Made by a program: the position numbers and the translations under genes. A stretch of DNA of 64,000 bases, from the NCBI GenBank assembly GCA_040752795.1, contig JBFMGH010000608.1, forward strand, positions 110,325 through 174,324, in the 5' to 3' direction. A model generated the notes under the pieces. The model had not been told where the DNA came from. It made no database searches and worked only from the letters and a program-made list of their open reading frames with translations. The stretch comes from Cyanobacteriota bacterium. GTDB lineage: Bacteria > Cyanobacteriota > Vampirovibrionia > JBFMGH01. Positions 1 through 9,895 of the stretch are shown here, piece by piece. Within the stretch, counting starts at the first letter, position 1, and each line of letters starts with the position of its first letter.

Positions 1-563
1 ATGTTTGATCTTTCAATACGGTCTTGAACAGTTTCCAGTTCTTTTGTGGCTTGCTCAATTCTTCTGTCAAATTCTGTAACCCCGGCAAGATCATCAATAA
101 TTCTTCTTCTTTCTGTTGGTCCCATATTAATAATACCGGTAACATCACCCTGCATCATAACGTTGTAGCAGCCAGGTGAAACGTTGAAACCACTTAACTT
201 TCTATGTACATCTGACAATGTAGAGACATGGCCATTAATGTAGTATGTACTTGTGTAGCCATTAGAGCCTTCTTTAATTTTTCTTTTTATCTCAAATTGC
301 TCTTCATGATTATCCTCTTCTGCAAAAGCTATTCTAACAGAAGCCTCGCGTCGTTGATTGTTGTTATTTATTAAGTCTGTTAGTTTTTCAGCCCTGAGTG
401 TTCTAGAAGTTGAAAGACCTAAGCCAAAAAGCAGGCAGTCTATTATATTACTCTTGCCTGAGCCGTTGGGTCCTGAAATAGTTGTAAATCCATCTAAGAA
501 AGGTATGGTAGTTTTTGAACGGAAAGACTTAAAGTTATCAATTTCAATCTCTTTTATTCTCAT
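1..563 (-). CDS. smc: Chromosome segregation protein SMC, N-terminal part; the gene's 3' end runs off the window
   Basis: Reverse-strand translation from the ATG at 561-563 reads MRIKEIEIDNFKSFRSKTTIPFLDGFTTISGPNGSGKSNIIDCLLFGLG... This is a Walker A motif followed by the conserved SMC head sequence. The reading frame stays open to the window edge. Confidence 0.75.
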   Translation of the reverse strand, partial: MRIKEIEIDNFKSFRSKTTIPFLDGFTTISGPNGSGKSNIIDCLLFGLGLSTSRTLRAEKLTDLINNNNQRREASVRIAFAEEDNHEEQFEIKRKIKEGSNGYTSTYYINGHVSTLSDVHRKLSGFNVSPGCYNVMMQGDVTGIINMGPTERRRIIDDLAGVTEFDRRIEQATKELETVQDRIERSN

Positions 564-786
564 TTGGCCTCAACAAAACTAAATACTACACGCAAACATT
601 GATCTACACATAAATTAATTAAAATATATGTTGTCCCTCATGTCAAAGACATGGTTAAGATCTCTGAAACTGGCTAATATTCTCAAAAAAACGTTACAAA
701 TCCTTAATAAAAATCTTTTGATAAGGTTTTTACTAATAAAATAAGAATATTGCAATATAAAGCTTTAGGCAGGGGTATTTGAGAGT

Positions 787-1521
787 TTAGATATCTTTTT
801 TATCCCCATCTTTAATACCTTGCATAACATCTTGAGGTTTAAAGATTTCTATGGCCATTTTTTGAACGAAATCAAGTGCTTCTTGATCTCTGGCAATGGC
901 TTCTCTTAGGGATATAATCTCTTCCTTTGTCATTCTTTTAACATCTTCAATGCCAAAGGAGGGGTCAAAAATTTTTTTAAAATTATTTATTGTTTCTTCT
1001 GTATAGCCAGGAAGCTCATTATAGAAAGAAAGCCAGTGATGAATCTGGTGTACCATGTAGCCCATTGGTGGATCTTCGGCTCCGAATACAAACATTGGGG
1101 GTGTTTTGTTTGTAGCTGGTCCTTCCCAGGCACCTGTGATTCGCAGGGCAAAAGTTATTAATTTTGCTCTAAATCCTATTATTGGAGGAATAAAGCCTTC
1201 TATCTCTCCGAATAGTCTTATTACCTTTAGCGCATTATTATTGCGTATAACCTTTGTGCCTCTGCGCTCTACAAATTCAAGCAGCCCATTAACATCATTA
1301 AGATAGCCTTTTATTAAATCTCCAGCATCTTTATTTATTTCATCAAGTTTTTTTTGCTTATTGCCAATTAATTTTAGAGAGTCAAATGATAGTTGTCTGA
1401 CTTTTCTTGGGTCAAATCCTGCTTTGCCGGGGCCGAATTTTCTGCAAAAATCCAAAAATCCATTTAGGAACTTTTTAAAGGGACTTTTAGAACTCTCTGC
1501 TTTCTTTTTATTTTCCACCAT
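787..1521 (-). CDS. Hypothetical protein, 244 aa; possibly a heme-oxygenase-like or iron-dependent redox fold (HQIHHW motif), unverified
   Basis: Clean 244-aa ORF with coding-like composition. No confident family assignment from sequence alone. Confidence 0.4.
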   Translation of the reverse strand: MVENKKKAESSKSPFKKFLNGFLDFCRKFGPGKAGFDPRKVRQLSFDSLKLIGNKQKKLDEINKDAGDLIKGYLNDVNGLLEFVERRGTKVIRNNNALKVIRLFGEIEGFIPPIIGFRAKLITFALRITGAWEGPATNKTPPMFVFGAEDPPMGYMVHQIHHWLSFYNELPGYTEETINNFKKIFDPSFGIEDVKRMTKEEIISLREAIARDQEALDFVQKMAIEIFKPQDVMQGIKDGDKKDI

Positions 1522-1839
1522 AATTATTTAATATTATACAGACTCTTAAATAAGATGGATAGATAGTTACGTTGTGAAACATAAGTTAAAACAGTTTGTG
1601 CTTTTTCTCTTTCATTGTTTTTTAAATTGTCTTTAGTTGAGAAAATTAGCCAATTGTAATATCTTAAATAATTAAATAGAGGCTATTTGGTGTTTGTTTT
1701 GACCTGTTTTTAAGTAATAGGTAATTTAAGTAAAAGTAATAATTGAGGAATATTATACTATTCGATATTGTTAATGTTAGTGTTTTATTTTATTCTAGTA
1801 TTGTTTCGTAAAAAGCGATGAATCTGGAGTTAATCCTTT

Positions 1840-2283
1840 ATGGTGGCATGTTATTCTCCAAAAATATGGAAGAAACAGGATACAATTTTGATCAACCTTC
1901 CGTATAATGATTTTGATTTAAGTGCTAGTGAGCATTTTAAGCAAATGGTAAATACAATAATATCAAAGCATAACTGTTATTCGATAATTTTAGACTTCTC
2001 AAATGTTGTATTGATTGATGGTAATGGATTAGCCGCAATAGTCAACGCTTTTAATGCTTGTTCTAACAAAGATATTAAATTAATATTATGTTCTTTAAAA
2101 GATACTATAATTGATGTGGTAGCTAAAAAAGGTATTAATACTATGCTCGATATTTTTGATAGTATTCATGATGCTGTTGATGTTGCTACCAGTTATTCTT
2201 ATTTAAGGCAAAGGTCTATAGAACAGCTTAAAGGTATGGAGAGCGTTTTTGGTGACCCTTTCGAAGAGAGTATAAGTTACTAA
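1840..2283 (+). CDS. STAS-domain anti-sigma-factor antagonist (SpoIIAA/RsbV-like)
   Basis: The ~110-aa core, ILDFSNVVLIDGNGLAAIVNAF...KLILCSLKDTIIDVV, is typical of the STAS/anti-anti-sigma fold. Confidence 0.65.
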   Translation: MVACYSPKIWKKQDTILINLPYNDFDLSASEHFKQMVNTIISKHNCYSIILDFSNVVLIDGNGLAAIVNAFNACSNKDIKLILCSLKDTIIDVVAKKGINTMLDIFDSIHDAVDVATSYSYLRQRSIEQLKGMESVFGDPFEESISY

Positions 2284-2289
2284 TAGATG

Positions 2290-3078
2290 TTAATTTAGGA
2301 TCTTGATAATGTATCCGATTAATAGACCTTGAAGCATTTTAATGAATTTGGGGTTGGTTATATAGTAATTGTCTACAAGCTTTATAGATGTTGAGAGTAT
2401 ACCAGGGGTAACTTCTTTTTGTCCTTCCATCATTGCCAGGCTTCTTGCGTACCATATAACAAGCTCAATAATTATTTCTATATATAAACGAAGTGTAAAT
2501 ATAGAACATCCCTGAGATAAGAGTGCTGTTCTGGTTAAAATGTTTATAATATAATCTTCAAGTTCATGTGTAGCACTGAATTTTACTTGAGAATGTTTTT
2601 TTAAATCGATGGTTCTGTTTAATATAGAAGAGTAAAAATCCCCCTGGCCTTTGAGTATGCTTAAAAAATCTTTCAAGGAAGCTTCTTTTTTTATAAAAAG
2701 TGCCGTAAGTATTTGTCTTTTTATGATTTTAACTTTACTGGGTTTCGTTATAGTTATTTTTGAATCAATTGTTTTGTTAAAAGCCGTTTTTAGCACTTCC
2801 TGAAAAATTTCTTTATTTGCAATCGGGTCTGTTATGACTAATGTATGATCTTCTTTAAGTATCCCTTTGTTGATTAATTCCCTCAGAATATGATTAAAGA
2901 AAGCGTTACATTGTTTTAGTTTTTCTTCAATACGGATATCTTGTTTAAATAGTTCTGTAAGATAACCTTTAAAGTGTTCCAGCGATGAATAACTTATCTT
3001 TAACCTGTCAGGGTAAAAATAAACAGTGTTTTCATTCTCGTTGAAACTGGTATGTGTTATTTTATTTGAAAAGGGCAT
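2290..3078 (-). CDS. Hypothetical protein, 262 aa; probably co-transcribed with the upstream HTH/zinc-ribbon gene
   Basis: ORF overlaps the preceding gene by 22 nt (3057-3078), implying translational coupling. No recognisable domain. Confidence 0.5.
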   Translation of the reverse strand: MPFSNKITHTSFNENENTVYFYPDRLKISYSSLEHFKGYLTELFKQDIRIEEKLKQCNAFFNHILRELINKGILKEDHTLVITDPIANKEIFQEVLKTAFNKTIDSKITITKPSKVKIIKRQILTALFIKKEASLKDFLSILKGQGDFYSSILNRTIDLKKHSQVKFSATHELEDYIINILTRTALLSQGCSIFTLRLYIEIIIELVIWYARSLAMMEGQKEVTPGILSTSIKLVDNYYITNPKFIKMLQGLLIGYIIKILN

Positions 3079-3479
3079 TTTTTACATCGTGCTTTAGGGT
3101 GTGTTACAGGTTTATCTTCAAGATCTCTTAGCGTTACAGTTTTACATATCAGTGGGTTATTACATTTTGGACAATTATGTCCCTCAAGTTTACCTGACAT
3201 AATGTTGAATTTAATGTTATCTATTATATCTTGATCTGTATATTCTATGTTTGAAACTTTCTTTTCAACCTCTTTTATTGTATTAAGAGAGACTCTTAAT
3301 GCTTTAGAAAGTTTTTGTCTTACTGTAACAGATAAGAATATATCTCTTCCTTCTTCTATATCGTTAATAATAGATAGCTGTAAGTTGCTGGAAGTAGCTA
3401 ACTGCTCTTTAGAGAGGTTATTTAATTCTCTAAGATATTGAACTCTTCCTGCTAAAGTATTTGGTAGATCTTTTTTCAT
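3057..3479 (-). CDS. XRE-family helix-turn-helix protein with a C-terminal CxxC...CxxC zinc ribbon
   Basis: N-terminal RVQYLRELNNLSKEQLATSSNLQLSIINDIEEG is a Cro/C1-type HTH. The C-terminus carries CPKC...CKKCPF. Confidence 0.6.
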   Translation of the reverse strand: MKKDLPNTLAGRVQYLRELNNLSKEQLATSSNLQLSIINDIEEGRDIFLSVTVRQKLSKALRVSLNTIKEVEKKVSNIEYTDQDIIDNIKFNIMSGKLEGHNCPKCNNPLICKTVTLRDLEDKPVTHPKARCKKCPFQIK

Positions 3480-4088
3480 AATAAAGCTTATTTTTAATGG
3501 CTCTTATTGTGGTAATTTAGTCTTTAACGTTTGCTCTTCTGAAATTTTATAAAATTAAATTATGATAAAAGTTCTCTCTATTGTAAAAAGTAGCACAAAT
3601 AAATGAAAAGTGTTGTAAAGATTTATTTTGAGTGTTTTTATAAACAAGTAAAATGTTAAGCTTTGTAACGAAGGCGAAAGTTTTTGTTTCAATTGCTTAA
3701 TGCTTTGTTACTTTTCACTTGAACTTTGATTGTTTATTTGTTAATATGAAATATAATCTAGGTACGGTGCGCATAAATTGTTGTTATAAAACTTTAATAG
3801 CTTTTTACCTATCCAGTTATATTTTTATAACTGAGACTTTAACTACTCAGATTATTTTATTCCTCCCACTTTGCAGCTATTAAATTTTTGACGGTGCTAT
3901 TGGTTATACAGTTGAGGAATATCAAAGGTTACTTTACTAAGGATGAGGAGAAGAAAGTTACCTTAGAAGCGTTGTAGTTGTTATTATATTTAAATAACTT
4001 TTAAAAGAGCCCTGATGGTCTGTACGGCGGTGGCTTTGGTATGCTTTCTTTAAATGATCATTAAAGAAACTAAAGGAGGGCAAGTACT

Positions 4089-5060
4089 TTGGTTACTTTA
4101 ATTTCGCGTACTCTCGGAAACAAGGCAAACAGGGGCAAGAAAAATGTAGTTAACGGCAAACAAAGAAAGGAATACGAGGAAACAGAATCACTTTCAAACA
4201 GCATTCAAGATGAACACTTAACCCCCGGCTTTTTTGATGATTCAGTAAAAATTTATTTAAAAAAACTCTCTCAAATACCTTTATTAACTGCTAAAGAAGA
4301 GCTAGCTCTTGCTGAAAGAGTTGCACAAGGTGATCTCAAAGCAAAACGCCATTTGATAAGGTCTAATTTAAGGTTAGTAGTTAGTATTGCTAAAAAATAT
4401 GTTAATCGTGGTATGACTTTTATGGATCTGATTCAGGAAGGAAACCTTGGACTTATTAAAGCTGCTGAGAAATTTAATTATACTTACGGTTATAAATTTA
4501 GCACATATGCAACATGGTGGATAAGGCAATCTATATGCAAGGCAATTGCTGATCAATCTAAAGGCGTTAGGCTTCCTGTGCACGCTTTTGATACTATTAG
4601 CAAGATCACACGTATTAAAAGGCAGCTAGAGCTCAACCTTGACAGATCACCAAGTATATCTGAAATTGCTAAAGCCATAAAAATTGAAGCTGATAAAATT
4701 GAAGAGCTTTTAAATGTTTCAACATCTCCTATTTCTTTAGAATCACAGGTTACGATGAAAGATGGTAATTCGCTTACTGTAGAAGATTTTATTGAAGATT
4801 ACACTTCTTCACCTGAAGAGAGGCCGATTAAAGAAAATCTTAAAAATGATATTGATACAGTTTTAAATACTTTAAAAGGGCGTGAAAGTGGTGTTTTGAA
4901 TATGCGATTTGGTTTAAATGGCCAGCGAAACAAAACCCTGGAAGAAATTGGAAGAATTTATGGTGTTACCAAAGAGTGTATAAGACAAACTGAAATCAGA
5001 GCTATAAACAGACTGCGTAATTCTAATAAAGCAGCCCAGCTTTTAAAAGTCTATCTTTAA
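4089..5060 (+). CDS. RNA polymerase sigma-70 factor, RpoD family; short, group-2-like
   Basis: Regions 2-4 are recognisable: [14 protein letters not shown]...[19 protein letters not shown]...[12 protein letters not shown]...[30 protein letters not shown] start at 4089, preceded by the strong RBS AAAGGAGGG at 4071-4079. Confidence 0.85.
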   Translation: MVTLISRTLGNKANRGKKNVVNGKQRKEYEETESLSNSIQDEHLTPGFFDDSVKIYLKKLSQIPLLTAKEELALAERVAQGDLKAKRHLIRSNLRLVVSIAKKYVNRGMTFMDLIQEGNLGLIKAAEKFNYTYGYKFSTYATWWIRQSICKAIADQSKGVRLPVHAFDTISKITRIKRQLELNLDRSPSISEIAKAIKIEADKIEELLNVSTSPISLESQVTMKDGNSLTVEDFIEDYTSSPEERPIKENLKNDIDTVLNTLKGRESGVLNMRFGLNGQRNKTLEEIGRIYGVTKECIRQTEIRAINRLRNSNKAAQLLKVYL

Positions 5061-5333
5061 AATTTTCATATTGTAAATTTAAATTAGCTATCTATTTAAA
5101 TCATATTTAGTCAATAAGTATTTATGTGCTTTAACATTAATAAAGTTGTTTAGCAGGATTAAGTTTAATTTTTAATTAGCTATCCTGCTTTTTGTATTAA
5201 ATTTAAAATTTACATTTTAACTATACTATCTGCTTTCATAATACTTTTAGTCTAGTTTTACCCAAAAAATACACTTGTTATAGGATTAACGAAAAAAATT
5301 AAAAACATAATAATATGTTAAGAAATTTATGTT

Positions 5334-5354
5334 TCTTACACCTACTGTTATAAT
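5334..5354 (+). promoter_or_regulatory. Candidate extended -10 promoter (TGtTATAAT) upstream of rpsA
   Basis: TGTTATAAT at 5346-5354, about 55 nt upstream of the rpsA start. No good -35 box. Confidence 0.3.
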
Positions 5355-5408
5355 ATTAACAGTATAGTGTAGCTTTGCCGGATTGTTTTTCTTGGAGGTT
5401 AAATTTTA

Positions 5409-6536
5409 ATGAAACCCGGAACCGGAGGGACAATATGGGACTCAAACAAACCTGAAGAAGAACTAAGTGAATTTGAACTCTTACTTAGAAAATATGACTA
5501 CAATTTCAATCGTGGGGATGTTATTAAGGGTATTGTAGTTGGTTATGAATCAAATGGTCTTTTAATTGATGTTGGAGCTAAAACAAATGCCTTTGTACCT
5601 CCAAGAGAAGTGGCTCCGGAAAAAGTTGATAAACTACAAGATTACATAGAAATAGGCGAAGAGAGAGATTTTTATATACTTAAAGAAGAAGATGACGATG
5701 GGCAAATAACACTTTCTCTTAAGCGTGTTGCTCTTGCGTACAGCTGGTCTAAACTTGAAGAACTTAAGAATGAAGATGCTGTTGTTGAGTGTGAAGTAAT
5801 GTCTGTCGTTAAAGGTGGAATTCTGGTTGATGTTATGGGCCTAAGAGGCTTTGTTCCAGCAAGTCACCTGAGAGTTAGATCATCTGATGCTATGGTCGGA
5901 CAGGTATTGCCATTAAAGATTTTATCTATAGAACCAAAGAAAAACAACCTTATAATGTCTCATAGAAAAGTAGTTTCAGAGCAACAGGCAGAGCAAAGAA
6001 AAGATACTTTTGAAAAACTTGAAGTCGGTGAATCTGTAATGGGTGAAGTGGTTAGATTAGCTGATTTCGGAGCCTTTATAGATATAGGTGGAATAGATGG
6101 GTTGCTTCCTCTTTCACAAATGTCCTGGCGATGGGTTGATCACCCTTCGGACATATTAAGCGTGGGTGATCGTATAAAAGTTGAAGTCATTGGTATAGAT
6201 TATGAGAAACAACGAGTAAGCCTTAGCTTAAAGAGCCAGCAACCAGATCCATGGGAAGAAATTTCAAAAATGTATAGTGTCGGGCAGAAACTTCCAGGAA
6301 AAGTCACCAGAATAAAACATTTTGGGGCATTCGTTGAGGTTTATCCCGGTGTTGAGGCTTTATTGCCTAGCAAAGAAGTTATTGAGTATGAGAAAGATAA
6401 CAATACAAAACTTTCTTTAGGGCAAGAAATTACTACTACTATAATCAGGTTTGTTCCGGAAGATAGAAGAATGAGCCTCAGTTATACTGGCCAGCTTGAT
6501 GAAGATGAAGAATTACCTCCACCACCAATGGATTAA
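5409..6536 (+). CDS. rpsA: 30S ribosomal protein S1, short 3-4 S1-domain form
   Basis: Repeated S1 domains (GDVIKGIVVGYESNGLLIDVG..., GESVMGEVVRLADFGAFIDIG..., GQKLPGKVTRIKHFGAFVEV). GGAGG RBS at 5392-5396. Confidence 0.8.
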   Translation: MKPGTGGTIWDSNKPEEELSEFELLLRKYDYNFNRGDVIKGIVVGYESNGLLIDVGAKTNAFVPPREVAPEKVDKLQDYIEIGEERDFYILKEEDDDGQITLSLKRVALAYSWSKLEELKNEDAVVECEVMSVVKGGILVDVMGLRGFVPASHLRVRSSDAMVGQVLPLKILSIEPKKNNLIMSHRKVVSEQQAEQRKDTFEKLEVGESVMGEVVRLADFGAFIDIGGIDGLLPLSQMSWRWVDHPSDILSVGDRIKVEVIGIDYEKQRVSLSLKSQQPDPWEEISKMYSVGQKLPGKVTRIKHFGAFVEVYPGVEALLPSKEVIEYEKDNNTKLSLGQEITTTIIRFVPEDRRMSLSYTGQLDEDEELPPPPMD

Positions 6537-6541
6537 ATAAT

Positions 6542-7162
6542 TTAATTGCCTTGTTTAGAGGCATTATAAAGTATATTAATTCCAAATGGCTTTAAAGCTT
6601 CAGATAGTTTATATATTGGTAGCCCTACAATGTTATTATAGCAACCGTTTATACCTGTTATAAAAGTGCTTGCGTAGCCCTGTATTGCATAAGCTCCGGC
6701 TTTATCCATTGGCTCGCCAGTTTTTATGTAATTGATAATTTCTTCATCACTTAATTCTTTAAAGATTACCCGGGATGAAACACTATCTACATAAGTTCTT
6801 TTGAGTTCCCTGTCAATTATTGCTATACCTGATATTACACTATGTGATCGACCACTTAAAATAGAAAGCATTCTATGGGCGTCATTATCATCTTCGGGTT
6901 TTCCTAAAATCATATTATCTATTGTAACAGTAGTATCAGAGCCAATAACTATTGCAGGATAATCAAGCTTTTTAGCTATATCTTCAGCTTTTTTTAATGC
7001 CAGTAACCTTACTATTTCATCTGGTGTAAGTTCATTATTCTCTATTGTTTCATCAATATCTGATGGTATAATTTTAAAGGATAGGCCCAGTTTCTCTAAT
7101 AGCTCTTTTCTTCTTGGTGAAGCTGATGCTAGAACCAGTATCTTAGAATTTATTTCTGACAT
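6542..7162 (-). CDS. maf: Maf-like nucleoside triphosphate pyrophosphatase (septum formation protein Maf)
   Basis: N-terminal ILVLASASPRRKELLEKLGLSFKI followed by the Maf-family core. Confidence 0.85.
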   Translation of the reverse strand: MSEINSKILVLASASPRRKELLEKLGLSFKIIPSDIDETIENNELTPDEIVRLLALKKAEDIAKKLDYPAIVIGSDTTVTIDNMILGKPEDDNDAHRMLSILSGRSHSVISGIAIIDRELKRTYVDSVSSRVIFKELSDEEIINYIKTGEPMDKAGAYAIQGYASTFITGINGCYNNIVGLPIYKLSEALKPFGINILYNASKQGN

Positions 7163-7194
7163 TTCCTTCCCTTTAAATTTATCAGCTTTGCAGA

Positions 7195-7458
7195 TTATTT
7201 AAATATTTCTATATCATAGTATACATTATTATTGCTGTCATAAGCTGTTATATCATTGGAATATTCATCTTCAAGCTCTAATATCAGATTGTTTTCATTG
7301 GATAATTCAATAGTTACAGTGCCACTATCTATGTCAACTTCAGCACTATAGCAGTCACCTGTGTCATGGTTACAGGCTTCGGCATCATAATCTTGAGCTG
7401 AGGCCGGATTAAAGCTTATTAACAGTATAAATAGTAAATAAATAAAGAGTTTATTCAT
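7195..7458 (-). CDS. Small secreted acidic protein, hypothetical
   Basis: N-terminal signal peptide MNKLFIYLLFILLISFNPASA. 87 aa, D/E/N-rich. Confidence 0.45.
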   Translation of the reverse strand: MNKLFIYLLFILLISFNPASAQDYDAEACNHDTGDCYSAEVDIDSGTVTIELSNENNLILELEDEYSNDITAYDSNNNVYYDIEIFK

Positions 7459-7459
7459 A

Positions 7460-8632
7460 TTATTTTACCATCGTTTTAACAGATTCTTCGTAGATTCTTT
7501 TAACATCAGCTTTATTTACAGATGCTGCATTTATATCAACACAGAATTGCATAGTTTTAAATGTATCTTCAGTCAGACGATCTAAGTCTTGAACGGATGC
7601 ACCTAGTTCTGTTATATCACGATTTAGTTCTAATGGTTCATAAAAATCTTTTAAAGTTGTAAGAACTTTTTCTAAGGCATTAGGATCGTCTTTAGCTATA
7701 TTTGATCCCATTAAATTAGCCATATTAATATATTTATCTTTTTCTGAATTGAAGTTGTGTCTGACAATAGCTATTGATATGCTGGCAAGAGCCTCTCCAT
7801 GTGCGCAATCATAGTGACCACTTAATGGGTGTGCCATTGCATGAATTAGTCCTGTGCCAGCCAGTTGAATTGCCATGCCTCCAAGTGTATTGGCAATTGC
7901 CATATTCTCTCTGGCTTCTTTATCCTTGCCGTTTTTATAAGCTCTATGTAGATATTTAGCCACAAGTTCTATAGCTTTTTCACAATAAAGATCTGATATA
8001 GGATTAGCTATCCTTGATGTATAAGCTTCTATGGCATGAAAAAATACGTCAATACCTACAGAAGCAGTTGGCCTTGGCGGCATTGGTTCTGTAAGATCAG
8101 TATCTATAATTGATTCAACAGGAAACATACATTCAAAACCGATCCCTGGTTTTTCATTTGTTTCAGGGTTTGTTATTACAGCATATGTATTGGCTTCACT
8201 GCCTGTGCCTGATGTGGTTGTAATGCAAATAACCGGCAAAGCTTTTTTAGGAGGGTTTGTGGTGCCAATATAGTCCCAAGCATTTCTTCCATCTTTAGCG
8301 ATAAGAGCTATTACTTTGCTTGAATCCATTGGGCTTCCGCCACCAAGGCCAATAACAACATCGCATTTTTCTTTTTTAGCAAGCTCTCCACCTTCATCTA
8401 TTGTTGTTGATCTTGGGTTAGGTTCAATGTTATCGTACACAATATAATTAAGCCCTTCTGCTTTTAAAGAATTTATTACTTTGTCAAGGGCTCCTATTTT
8501 TTTTGAACTACCTTTTCCGGTAACAATAATTGCTTTCTTGCCATATTTCTTTGCTATTTTACCTGTGTCATTAATTTTACCAGCGCCAAAATGTAGTTTT
8601 GTAGGTATAAAATGTTGAAAATTGCCTGTCAT
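7460..8632 (-). CDS. Iron-containing (group III) alcohol dehydrogenase
   Basis: GGGSPMD motif plus the His-rich metal-binding segment HAMAHPLSGHYDCAHG. RBS GAAGGAAG upstream. Confidence 0.85.
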   Translation of the reverse strand: MTGNFQHFIPTKLHFGAGKINDTGKIAKKYGKKAIIVTGKGSSKKIGALDKVINSLKAEGLNYIVYDNIEPNPRSTTIDEGGELAKKEKCDVVIGLGGGSPMDSSKVIALIAKDGRNAWDYIGTTNPPKKALPVICITTTSGTGSEANTYAVITNPETNEKPGIGFECMFPVESIIDTDLTEPMPPRPTASVGIDVFFHAIEAYTSRIANPISDLYCEKAIELVAKYLHRAYKNGKDKEARENMAIANTLGGMAIQLAGTGLIHAMAHPLSGHYDCAHGEALASISIAIVRHNFNSEKDKYINMANLMGSNIAKDDPNALEKVLTTLKDFYEPLELNRDITELGASVQDLDRLTEDTFKTMQFCVDINAASVNKADVKRIYEESVKTMVK

Positions 8633-8796
8633 ATAAACTTCCTTCTTTCATAGTTAATGTCTAAAACTAATATAAATACTAAAACAATATATATTGCGTA
8701 AAATCATATCACAAAGATGAATCCAAAACATTAGAAACTTCTTACATAGATGGGGTGTTTTAAATAACAGAGGGTTTAAAAGTGTTTCTATTCGTA

Positions 8797-8967
8797 TTAA
8801 GAAGATTTTTGCTTTTCTGTTTCATTTACTATTCCTAAAATGGCTCCACAGGAACTGCAATAAACTATTATAGCCGAGGTTTTATAAAACTTTTTTTGTT
8901 GTGTGGAAAAATTCTTACCTTCACATTTAGGGCACATTGGAAAAACCCTGGGCGTTGGAATAGCCAT
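8797..8967 (-). CDS. Small Cys4 zinc-ribbon protein, 56 aa; absent from the ORF track because it is under 60 aa
   Basis: ATG at 8965-8967 is preceded by AAAGGAG (reverse complement of 8971-8977). Translation MAIPTPRVFPMCPKCEGKNFST...VYCSSCGAILGIV has two CxxC pairs. Confidence 0.4.
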   Translation of the reverse strand: MAIPTPRVFPMCPKCEGKNFSTQQKKFYKTSAIIVYCSSCGAILGIVNETEKQKSS

Positions 8968-9109
8968 ATATAACTCCTTTAAATTTATGCATAATACATA
9001 AGACTTCTTTCAGAGCTAAATTCAATATAAAATTTTGCATATAAGCTTAAAAATTAATTATATTCAGAAATAATTGGTAAAAATATTATAAAAAAGTGAA
9101 CGTAGCTAT

Positions 9110-9559
9110 TTAATTGGAGTTAACGCTTTCTTCCTCTTCTTCTTGAATTACATCAATCTGGATAATATCTTCACCTAATTGAATATCTGGTGCTTCGTCA
9201 TCGTGTTCTTCAGGTAGACGAGCCTCTCTGATTGTTGAGGCCCCTGTCCTCGACTTTGCTCTGTTGACAAGTTTTGTTTTATGTTTTCTGATCTGGCGTT
9301 CTACTTTGTCAGCTAACAAATCTATACTTGCATACATGCTTTCAGAAGCTTCCTTGGCCTGAATTCTTCCTTTTTTTAATACTACACTAACTTCTGCTAC
9401 CTGATTGTTAGTGATACTGGGATTTCTTTCTACGCTTAAAATAGCGGTAATCTCCATTATCTGGTCAAATAATTTATTTATTTTACCTAGCTTTTCAGCT
9501 GCATATTGTTTTAGAGCTGGTGTCAATTCTATATTACGACCTTTTATGCTAAGGCGCAT
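9110..9559 (-). CDS. hpf: Ribosome hibernation-promoting factor (sigma-54 modulation protein/S30EA family) with an acidic C-terminal tail
   Basis: MRLSIKGRNIELTPALKQYAAEKLGKINKLF...VSVVLKKGRIQAKEASESMYASIDLLADKVERQIRKHK. GGAGG RBS 7 nt upstream of the ATG. Confidence 0.85.
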   Translation of the reverse strand: MRLSIKGRNIELTPALKQYAAEKLGKINKLFDQIMEITAILSVERNPSITNNQVAEVSVVLKKGRIQAKEASESMYASIDLLADKVERQIRKHKTKLVNRAKSRTGASTIREARLPEEHDDEAPDIQLGEDIIQIDVIQEEEEESVNSN

Positions 9560-9851
9560 TTAGATTCCTCCTTAAGCGTTATATTAAGAGCTTTGATGAT
9601 TATAACCAATTATATTTTTTTCCTCAACGAAAAATTTAAAAATTTTTAAGTGAGAGGTTTTGAGGTTTTAAAAAAAATATTTGTGTTTTAGTTCCTGAAT
9701 TCTTTGATAATAAGATCATTTTTGTGCTTTAAAGTTCCTGCAATTTAACAAAAAAATATTTTAAAAAAGATAATTAGTATTAATTTGTATTCAATTTAGC
9801 TCTTTAGTAACTGAAAACGGTATTCTTGCAAAGCTTTATGAGACAAGAGAG

Positions 9852-9895
9852 ATGATCCATATGAGAAAAATTCTCATGTAGATCATCTAAATGGA
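9852..9895. promoter_or_regulatory. 17-bp imperfect inverted repeat (GATGATCCATATGAGAA / TTCTCATGTAGATCATC); candidate operator or hairpin in the hpf upstream region
   Basis: Two mismatches between the arms. Contains a perfect inner palindrome ATGAGAAaaaTTCTCAT. Confidence 0.35.

Noticed and set aside
358-582. 74-aa plus-strand ORF
   Set aside because: It lies entirely antisense to the well-supported smc N-terminus. No RBS. Spurious.
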